Source: an uncultured Thermotogae bacterium (GTDB taxonomy: Bacteria > Bipolaricaulota > Bipolaricaulia > M55B111). From it: DNA of 45,046 nt. Location of the stretch: positions 1-45,046 of the forward strand of contig CAZYCI010000002.1 in the NCBI GenBank assembly GCA_964645955.1, in the 5' to 3' direction. A program made the translations under genes and the position numbers. Below the pieces are notes generated by a model, which did not search any database, had not been told where the DNA came from, and was given only the letters and a program-made list of their open reading frames with translations. Below are positions 24,017-31,207 of this stretch, piece after piece. Numbering within the stretch: position 1 is the first letter of the stretch; each line of letters begins with the position of its first letter.

Positions 24017-25237
24017 ATGAACAAGATGAAATTTCTTTCGAATAAGAGACTCGCTCTCGGGATATGCGGTGTAAGTACTGCATTCGAAGGTGCTTTCCTC
24101 GGGGAAAAGCTGGCTGAAAGGGGCGCGGAACTAGAATTCGTCTTAGAAGACGAGGCTGCCAAGTTCATCTCGCCCCTGACTTTCGAGGAAATATCCGGGA
24201 GAAAGGTAATTCGGGAGGAAGGCGCGGAAGGAACCCGGGAACTAAAAAACACGATAGCCCGGAGCGACATGGTAATCATTGGTCCGGCTTCCTTTAACTT
24301 CATCGGGCGCCTGGCTTCGAACCTTGATGGAGGGATCTTGAACAATTTAGCAGTTCAAGCCGACCAGCCGGTAGTAATTATACCCTCGCTGGATCGGGGG
24401 CTTTACTCGAGCCAGAACGTGAAGGAGAACCTAGAAAAACTGCGTAACCGGGGTTACCAAGTCATCGAACCCGCCCCCGAAAAAACGTCAGATGTGTTAA
24501 AAACGAGCTTACCTCTATTTCCGGAGCCGAAAGTGGTACTTAAAGAGATTGAAGACGTCTTTAGACAGGAGTCCATACTGGACGGCAAAAAAGTCCTTGT
24601 CACGGCCGGCCCTACGAGAAAATCCTTCAACTCGGAAGAAAATCCTTCCACCCGGCCTCGAAGCTCGCTGGGCTTTCAGATCAGCCAGCAAGCCAGAGGG
24701 ATGGGTGGCGAAGTATTGCTCGTCAGCGGACCGACCGAACAGATACCCCCATCCGGAGTCGGCGTGGTTTGGACCAGAACTTCGGAAGAGCTTGACGAAT
24801 TACTGCTCGATGAAATCGAGAATCATGACCTAATAGTAATGGCAGGCTCTGCAGTTGATTGGGAAACGAGGGCAGGTATTGTGCTATCGGAAGACGAAAA
24901 AACAATGAAACTCGACCTGGAGATGGACGAACGACCGAACGTCCTTCGCAAACTGGGTAAACTCAAAGGGGAAGGCCAGCTCCTGGTTTCGATAGACCTT
25001 GAACCACACAAACCGGGATTTAGTCCGGAAGAGAGGATGGAAGAAATAAACCTGGACGCGTACTTCTTTCGCGAGGAAAAAGACGAAGAAGAAAGGTTAA
25101 ATTCGGGATTTTATTCCGGTAAACTGGCTCTGAAAAACGGCGTCAAAGAAGAATTTCACGCCCAGAACGGTTCGCGCCTGGCTCGAACTTTGTTGCAAAA
25201 AGTTGGAACTGAGTTACTCGGAAAAGGAACCTCTTAG
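24017..25237 (+). CDS. CoaBC (Dfp)-like two-domain protein with degenerate active-site motifs
   Basis: By eye it is collinear with E. coli Dfp. Flavoprotein domain: KRLALGICGVSTAF..AAKFISPLTF..IIGPASFNFIGRLA. CoaB-like domain: KKVLVTAGPTRK...VLLVSGP. The start is uncertain (ATG 24017 or 24026; the ORF-track TTG at 23981 has no RBS). Confidence 0.6.
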   Translation: MNKMKFLSNKRLALGICGVSTAFEGAFLGEKLAERGAELEFVLEDEAAKFISPLTFEEISGRKVIREEGAEGTRELKNTIARSDMVIIGPASFNFIGRLASNLDGGILNNLAVQADQPVVIIPSLDRGLYSSQNVKENLEKLRNRGYQVIEPAPEKTSDVLKTSLPLFPEPKVVLKEIEDVFRQESILDGKKVLVTAGPTRKSFNSEENPSTRPRSSLGFQISQQARGMGGEVLLVSGPTEQIPPSGVGVVWTRTSEELDELLLDEIENHDLIVMAGSAVDWETRAGIVLSEDEKTMKLDLEMDERPNVLRKLGKLKGEGQLLVSIDLEPHKPGFSPEERMEEINLDAYFFREEKDEEERLNSGFYSGKLALKNGVKEEFHAQNGSRLARTLLQKVGTELLGKGTS

Positions 25238-25325
25238 CTCTTAAAGCGCTCAGTTTAAAAATTACTTATAAATACATAGGGCGGTCCAAACGGATTTTGC
25301 GGACCCTGAAGCCTTCAAAGCACTT

Positions 25326-25745
25326 TTAAAACCGAGAACCCCAGTTCCCGAACAGGATCCCGAGCCAGCTGTTCCTGTTTTCCTTCAACAACTCCCTCGT
25401 AAAGGCATCGGACTCATCTCGATCCAGTCTTCGCGTCCCTTCCGGGAACCCCTCCTCTAGAACTCCCACGTTCTCCTTGTTTTTTACCCTGATAGTATAT
25501 AGGTCCGCACCGTGATTCTCACCTTCAACCATTTCATTCCAGACGAGAAAAGTAAACTTGTTTTCGACGGCCATTCCCACCACGGTATCAGCCTTACGAA
25601 CCATTGACCTCAAATCGTCCTTAAGGCCGAAGTCCGCGGGATTCACTATTTTCTCGGGATCGAGACCGTCATCTATAACTTCCATGCATGATTTCTCCGT
25701 CCGGGTTCGAAAGGTCAAAGTCGGGTGGCTGAAGTACACTTTCAT
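25326..25745 (-). CDS. Hypothetical cytoplasmic protein, 139 aa
   Basis: The ATG at 25745 lies 1 nt after the upstream stop codon and follows a GAAGGGGGTG RBS. No family is recognised. There is a faint MKVYFSHP ... ADTVVGM ... NE pattern reminiscent of nucleoside-deoxyribosyltransferase-like folds, which I have not verified. Confidence 0.5.
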   Translation of the reverse strand: MKVYFSHPTLTFRTRTEKSCMEVIDDGLDPEKIVNPADFGLKDDLRSMVRKADTVVGMAVENKFTFLVWNEMVEGENHGADLYTIRVKNKENVGVLEEGFPEGTRRLDRDESDAFTRELLKENRNSWLGILFGNWGSRF

Positions 25746-25746
25746 G

Positions 25747-26355
25747 CTATTCAGCACCCCCTTCATCGTTATCTAACCCCATGAAGTCCATGTGCTCGCC
25801 CTCGTTCTCCCCCTCTTCCCGGTCCTCGAGCCCCTGTACTCTCTCAGCGGCAAAGTCCGACATAAATTGCTCGAACCCCCTGTATATAGCTATAACTCCA
25901 AAGACGGTAAAGAGGGCTGCGGGAATCGCAAGCAAACGGAAAGGCTGATATGAATAGTCAATCCGGTACTCGTAATTCAGCCTAACCCCATCGGATAGCA
26001 GGCGAAAAAAGCTAGTTTTTGGACCAATCTCCAGTTGAGCACTCCGTTTATCCCCGAGGGGCTCTATTTCGCGCAGGGTCTCCAGGTCCTCGTCCATCAG
26101 AGCGATCTTGACCGATTCTCTCGAAGTGCCCTCTCCCAGGAAGATACTTAACTCTCCCTCGTTCTCCGGCTCCCGTTTTTCTATCCCGACGGTTTCTCCG
26201 GATTCGATGATTCCCTTGCTTGAGAAAGTGGCGGATCTCCTGTACACGGCGGAAAAAGCCAGTAAAAGCGCAAGCAGAAACGAAAAAACCCCAAAAATCG
26301 TCTTCCGATTTCCGGTTAAAACCTCCCACACCCCAGGTGGAGAATCACTATCCAC
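25747..26355 (-). CDS. Hypothetical membrane protein (2 predicted TM segments, acidic C-terminal tail)
   Basis: GTG start 8 nt after GGGAGG. Hydrophobic segments IFGVFSFLLALLLAFSAVY and LLAIPAALFTVFGVIAIY. The gene lies 54 nt downstream of oppF on the same strand. Confidence 0.6.
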   Translation of the reverse strand: MDSDSPPGVWEVLTGNRKTIFGVFSFLLALLLAFSAVYRRSATFSSKGIIESGETVGIEKREPENEGELSIFLGEGTSRESVKIALMDEDLETLREIEPLGDKRSAQLEIGPKTSFFRLLSDGVRLNYEYRIDYSYQPFRLLAIPAALFTVFGVIAIYRGFEQFMSDFAAERVQGLEDREEGENEGEHMDFMGLDNDEGGAE

Positions 26356-26409
26356 CGCTAATTCCTCCCGAAAAATCCAACCGAGAAATCAAAAAAACCA
26401 GCAATCATT

Positions 26410-27411
26410 CTAGGGTACTTCCCCGGCAAAATGACAGGCGACTTCTCTGTCTTCCACTTGCCTCAGTTCGGGTTCTTCCTCCGCACAGATATCCTGGGCG
26501 TACGGGCACCGGGGGTGAAACCGACAACCGGATGGAATGTTAGTGGCATCCGGAACCTCGCCTTTGATAGGTATCTCCTTTATCACCTCGACCATTTCGG
26601 GCTTAGGCTCCGGCACCGCCTTCAACAGGGCCTGAGAGTATGGGTGAAGCGGGTCATCAAGCACAGTCCCGACCTCTCCCTTCTCCACGAACTTGCCCAG
26701 GTACATTACGGAAATGGAATCGGAAAAGAACCGGGAAGTGGATATGTCGTGCGTGATGTAGAGATAGGTCAGGTTCTCCTCACTCATCAGGTCTTTCATC
26801 AAATTGAGTAACTCTGCCCTAACTGAAACGTCAAGCATCGAGGTCGGTTCGTCAGCTACGATAAAATCGGGATTTAGTATCAGGGCACGAGCTATCGCGA
26901 CTCTTTGCTTCTGACCACCGGAAAGCATGTGCGGGTACCGATCTACGAACTCCTCGGCCGGCGTCAGCTGAACTTCTTCGAGCGCTTCCATGATCTTATC
27001 CTTCCTCTCTTCGTAACCTCCACCGATACCGTGGATATCCATCGGCTCTTCCAGTGTATTAAAGGCGGTAAACCTCGGATCCATGGAGGAAAACGGATCC
27101 TGAAAGATCATCTGAGTCGTCCTCCTGTAAGCCTTCATCTCACCCGATCCACTGAGTTCCGTGACGTCATTCCCCTCCATTATCAGCTTCCCGCCGGTCA
27201 CATCGAGAAGCCTCATCACGACCTTTCCAAGAGTGGTTTTGCCGCAGCCCGACTCACCGACCACGGCCATGGCGTTCTTCCGGGGAATTTCGAAATTCAC
27301 CCCGTCCACGGCCCTGACGTGCTTTGTCCGACTGCCGAGCAACCTACCGAAGAAGGACTGACTCATGGTATAGTACTTCTTGAGGTCTTCGGCTTTCAGG
27401 ACGGCGTTCAT
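26410..27411 (-). CDS. oppF: Oligopeptide/dipeptide ABC transporter ATP-binding protein (OppF-like)
   Basis: Walker A GESGCGKTT, signature LSGGQKQRVAIARAL, Walker B IVADEPTSMLD. The C-terminal oligo_HPY region has 4 Cys (GCRFHPRCPYAQDIC...VACHF). Confidence 0.85.
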   Translation of the reverse strand: MNAVLKAEDLKKYYTMSQSFFGRLLGSRTKHVRAVDGVNFEIPRKNAMAVVGESGCGKTTLGKVVMRLLDVTGGKLIMEGNDVTELSGSGEMKAYRRTTQMIFQDPFSSMDPRFTAFNTLEEPMDIHGIGGGYEERKDKIMEALEEVQLTPAEEFVDRYPHMLSGGQKQRVAIARALILNPDFIVADEPTSMLDVSVRAELLNLMKDLMSEENLTYLYITHDISTSRFFSDSISVMYLGKFVEKGEVGTVLDDPLHPYSQALLKAVPEPKPEMVEVIKEIPIKGEVPDATNIPSGCRFHPRCPYAQDICAEEEPELRQVEDREVACHFAGEVP

Positions 27412-27424
27412 GGTCTCAACTCCT

Positions 27425-28393
27425 TCACGTTACCTCGCCCGCGAAATGGCAGGCAACCTTCCTTCCCTCTACCTCTCTGGGTTCCGGCACCTCTTCCTGA
27501 CATAACTCTTCAGCGTAAGGACATCGTGGGTGAAACCTGCAACCCGAGGGAGGTTCAACCAGGTTCGGCGGTGCTCCCGGAATTCTTTCCAGTCTCTTTA
27601 CGTCCTTGTGCAACCGCGGTATTGAAGCGAGAAGCTTTTCGGTATAGGGATGTTTCGGGTTGTTATATATCTTCTCCGCGTTCCCTAGTTCGGCGAACTT
27701 TCCAGCATACATTATGGAGAGTTTGTTGGAAACCTCCGATAGGATACTGAGATCGTGAGTAATAAATATCATCGATATACCAAGCTCCTTCTTAAGGCGC
27801 TTGAGCAGGTTCATTATCTGTGCCTCAACTACTACGTCGAGGGAGGTCGTCGGCTCGTCCGCTATCAGGACGTCCGGTTCCAGAAGCAGGGACGTGGCAA
27901 TAATCACACGCTGTTTCTGCCCCCCGCTCAGCTCGTGAGGATACCTGGTGAATATTTCCTTATCGAGCCCGACTTCTCCCAGGTACTCCTCGCACTTCCC
28001 CCTCGCCTCTTTACCGGTAATTCCCTTGTGATAATGCAGCGGCTCCTTCATCTGGTGCCCGACGGTATAAACGGGGGTCAAAATATCCATAGCACCCTGA
28101 AAAACCATCGAAATCCTTTTCCACCTTACCTTGCGCCTCGTTTCCGTTTCGGAGAGCTCGACCGTATTGATCCCGTCGACGTTGACCTCCCCGCTAACCA
28201 CTCGCCCCGGGGGCTGGACCTGATTGATCAGGGAGAATGCCATCGTGCTCTTTCCACAGCCGCTTTCCCCGGCCACCCCCATCGACTCGCCTCTGGCAAG
28301 CCGGAAGCTGGCGTCGTCCAGAGCCTGTACTTCACCCTTTCTCGTGAAGTAGTGGGTGGTCAAGTTCCGCACGTCGAGAACAGTTTCAGACAT
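27425..28393 (-). CDS. oppD: Oligopeptide/dipeptide ABC transporter ATP-binding protein (OppD-like)
   Basis: Walker A GESGCGKST, signature LSGGQKQRVIIATSL, Walker B LIADEPTTSLD. The C-terminus GCRFHPRCPYAEELC...VACHF has 4 Cys. Confidence 0.85.
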   Translation of the reverse strand: MSETVLDVRNLTTHYFTRKGEVQALDDASFRLARGESMGVAGESGCGKSTMAFSLINQVQPPGRVVSGEVNVDGINTVELSETETRRKVRWKRISMVFQGAMDILTPVYTVGHQMKEPLHYHKGITGKEARGKCEEYLGEVGLDKEIFTRYPHELSGGQKQRVIIATSLLLEPDVLIADEPTTSLDVVVEAQIMNLLKRLKKELGISMIFITHDLSILSEVSNKLSIMYAGKFAELGNAEKIYNNPKHPYTEKLLASIPRLHKDVKRLERIPGAPPNLVEPPSGCRFHPRCPYAEELCQEEVPEPREVEGRKVACHFAGEVT

Positions 28394-28409
28394 TTTCCCC
28401 TCCCGGTCA

Positions 28410-29822
28410 CTATTCTTGCTTCATTTTCGGGTTAACTATCCTTTCAACCGCCATGCCGGCCGATATGAACCCAAATCCAAGTAGCGTAATTCCAAGACCC
28501 GGCAACAGAACCCACCACCACATGCCCCGTATCGTGGCGCCTGCACTGTTCGCCTCGCTAAGCATCGTACCCCAGGTCACGACGGTAGGATCACCGAGTC
28601 CCAGTACGTGCAATCCAGCAGCAGCAATGATTGCCATGGGAACCATCAGCGCTGCTTCCGCAAAAGCATAGGGTAGCATCTGCGGAATCATGTGACCGCG
28701 GATGATCCTGGCACCACTCGCTCCCAACGCCTCGCCGGCCTCGACGTAAGTATTTTCTCTTATCTGCAGCCCCCTGGCTCTGATTGTCTTGGCTATGCCG
28801 CGCCAGTACAGTAAAGTCATGATAAATATTACAAACCAAATACTCCTCCCCCATAATGTCGCTACTACGACCAGTATCGGGAGGGTGGGAATACCCATGA
28901 CTATTTCGTTGATTCTCTGCATAAGTTCGTCGACCCATCCTCCATAATAGGCACTTGTCATTCCAAATATCAGCGCGATAATCACGGTACCGGCTGCGAC
29001 GGAGAGTCCAAGTATGAGCCCGTATCTGGCACCCCATATCCAGCCCCGGGCTATATCGTGACCATTACCGTCCGTCCCCATAAGTCCGTAAACTCGACCC
29101 ATGAAGATCCCTTTACTATTAGTTAACTCCGTTTCCGGGCCGACGAGAAGTAATTCAAATCTGTATTCCCCCTTCAACGGTTCCGGGCTGGATAACATCT
29201 CTGCCTGTGCCTTTGCGAATGTAGTCCGGGTCACGTCTATCTCGCTCGGGGCCGGTGTCGCGCCTTTTTCGTAACTCTTGGCGAACCGGTGTACTCTAGT
29301 CCTCTGCTGGTTCCCCCCAAACATACTCAACCTGGTTCGAAAAGTGTAGCCGTCCTCGACCTCGCGCCCCTGAATCGTCTTGGTTGCAAGCTGTAACTTT
29401 TCTCCGTCCGGCCTCACCAAACTGGCTATCAGCTTTGGCTGTTTGCTCGCGTATGTACCTTCGAGGTAGAAAACGACGTCCTTTGGGGGCATCTTGGTCT
29501 CAAACTGGTAGTCATAGACAATCTTGGTGATTACGGATTCACTCGAAACGCTTGTGGGGTCCGATTTTACTTGCTGGGTTGCTTTTTTCGTTCCTGGAAG
29601 ATAGTTTACCCAGGCGGGCGGGGCACCTTTAGGGAGGTCCTTCCACCTGTCAACGTTGGCCCACTTGCGGTTCGTCTCCGGTGCAAGTGAGGGAGCAAGC
29701 AGAGCAAGAACTATCATGGAAACTATCAACCCCAGGCCAATCATCCCCGTCGTTTCTCCCCGGTACTCCCGGAATACTGCTACAAAGCCCCGAAACAAGT
29801 CCTTCAACCTTTTTCGGATCAT
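28410..29822 (-). CDS. oppC: Oligopeptide ABC transporter permease (OppC-like) with about 200-aa extracytoplasmic insertion after TM1
   Basis: 470 aa. EAA-loop block YVEAGEALGASGARIIRGHMIP. A long hydrophilic segment lies between TM1 (about residues 26-47) and the conserved core. Confidence 0.8.
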   Translation of the reverse strand: MIRKRLKDLFRGFVAVFREYRGETTGMIGLGLIVSMIVLALLAPSLAPETNRKWANVDRWKDLPKGAPPAWVNYLPGTKKATQQVKSDPTSVSSESVITKIVYDYQFETKMPPKDVVFYLEGTYASKQPKLIASLVRPDGEKLQLATKTIQGREVEDGYTFRTRLSMFGGNQQRTRVHRFAKSYEKGATPAPSEIDVTRTTFAKAQAEMLSSPEPLKGEYRFELLLVGPETELTNSKGIFMGRVYGLMGTDGNGHDIARGWIWGARYGLILGLSVAAGTVIIALIFGMTSAYYGGWVDELMQRINEIVMGIPTLPILVVVATLWGRSIWFVIFIMTLLYWRGIAKTIRARGLQIRENTYVEAGEALGASGARIIRGHMIPQMLPYAFAEAALMVPMAIIAAAGLHVLGLGDPTVVTWGTMLSEANSAGATIRGMWWWVLLPGLGITLLGFGFISAGMAVERIVNPKMKQE

Positions 29823-29830
29823 ATTACCAC

Positions 29831-30892
29831 CTAACGCATCGAACGCGAACTGCCGACCTCAACCCTGGGGTCGAGCAGGCCGTATAGCAGATCAGCAACT
29901 AGATAACCAAATATGTAAATGGCGGAAGTAATAAACATAACGCCCATTACAACCGGTATATCCCCTTGCATTATCGCTACCCTTGTCAATAAACCAATCC
30001 CCGGCCAGTTAAAGATAACCTCGGTAATCATTGCCCCTCCAATTGACATGAGAAGCGACAACAAGGCCGAAGTCACTACGGGCGGCGCCGCCGTTCGTAG
30101 AGTGTGGCCGTAAATTACCTTGCGTTCGGGCACACCTTTCGCCCTTGCAGCCATTATATAATCGTCCTGTAAAACGTCGGTAACGATATTACGCGTCACC
30201 CAGGCCCTGGCTCCGAAGATATTGAAGACTATCGTTGCCAGCGGTAAAGCCAGTCGATAGAGAACGCCAAGATAATAATCCAGCCCGGTAGTTTGCGGAA
30301 GTGGCATCGCCGTTGAGGGAAACCAGCCGAGCTGGTAGGCAAAGATCAATATAGCCAACATTCCGAGCCACCACATGGGCATACTGGAAGAAGTCATGCC
30401 AAAAATTGACAGGAACCTATCTAACTTTCCGCCTGCCACCTGCGCTGCCTTTAAACCGACGACGAGGCCCAGTAAAACGTATATAACGGCCGCAGTCGTA
30501 AACAGAAGTATCGTTCTTGGAAGTCTGGATAAAATGATATCCATTACCTGCCTGCTTCCCCCGGGTGCCGTCATCATGTATGACTGGCCGAAATCCAGGG
30601 TCATTCTATCCCAGGCATCCATAAATATCCTCTTCCAGACGGGTTCATCCAGTCCCCATCTATCCCTTAGTTTTGCGATTTCGTTTTCTCGCCACTGCTT
30701 CAGTTCTTCATCGGATAACTGCTGTAACTCGGTGCTGTTACGAACGCGAGCAGTCACCGTCTGACGAATTCTAGTCTGCAACTGCTCCTCGGACATACTA
30801 TTAAACAAGGAAGAGAGGATAAGAATAACTATTCCCAGAGTAATTAAAGCCTGAAAAGTCCTAAACACCAGGTACTTCAACCTAGCTGGCAT
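29831..30892 (-). CDS. oppB: Oligopeptide ABC transporter permease (OppB-like)
   Basis: 353 aa. N-terminus LKYLVFRTFQALITL and EAA-loop block YIMAARAKGVPERKVIYGHTLRTA. AGGAGG RBS. Confidence 0.8.
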   Translation of the reverse strand: MPARLKYLVFRTFQALITLGIVILILSSLFNSMSEEQLQTRIRQTVTARVRNSTELQQLSDEELKQWRENEIAKLRDRWGLDEPVWKRIFMDAWDRMTLDFGQSYMMTAPGGSRQVMDIILSRLPRTILLFTTAAVIYVLLGLVVGLKAAQVAGGKLDRFLSIFGMTSSSMPMWWLGMLAILIFAYQLGWFPSTAMPLPQTTGLDYYLGVLYRLALPLATIVFNIFGARAWVTRNIVTDVLQDDYIMAARAKGVPERKVIYGHTLRTAAPPVVTSALLSLLMSIGGAMITEVIFNWPGIGLLTRVAIMQGDIPVVMGVMFITSAIYIFGYLVADLLYGLLDPRVEVGSSRSMR

Positions 30893-31124
30893 CGCTTTTC
30901 CTCCTGACGAAAACGTATTTGCCGGAAGTAATCATTGTCAGGAACCCTTGACAAACTCGGTTTTTCCAGGTAAATTCCAGTCTGACATATACAAACACCG
31001 CGCATAATCCAACTGAGCAACTGTAGAAAGAAATTAAGCCAGAGAATGAAATAATTCAAATAAATTAACGCGCGTCTCCTAATTGTTCCGCCCCTATTTC
31101 TTTATTTCGTGAAGCAACTTTAGA

Positions 31125-31165
31125 AGAAAAAACCAGGGTTGAGGCCAAACAGGCCTCAACCCTGG
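31125..31165 (-). terminator. Rho-independent terminator or attenuating hairpin after oppA (locus 1)
   Basis: CCAGGGTTGAGGCC - 5-nt loop - GGCCTCAACCCTGG forms a perfect 14-bp stem, followed on the minus strand by TTTTTT. It lies between oppA and oppB. Confidence 0.7.
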
Positions 31166-31207
31166 CTGTAATAATTCAAAGACTAGCTAACCTGAACACT
31201 CTACCAG

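Noticed and set aside
26905-28435. Two long plus-strand ORFs (281 and 226 aa) antisense to oppF and oppD.
   Set aside because: They are shadow ORFs opposite strongly supported ABC ATPase genes. Their Pro/Arg/Gly/His-rich, low-complexity translations have no motifs and no RBS. The same reasoning applies to the antisense ORFs at 494-1129, 1353-1892, 12371-12862, 21564-22100, 36896-37471 and 44022-44639.
30877-31059. 60-aa hydrophobic ORF (TTG start) overlapping the oppB1 start.
   Set aside because: The nearest SD-like sequence is 16 nt from the TTG, and the ORF overlaps the oppB RBS and start by 16 nt. It could be a small membrane protein, but there is no supporting signal.
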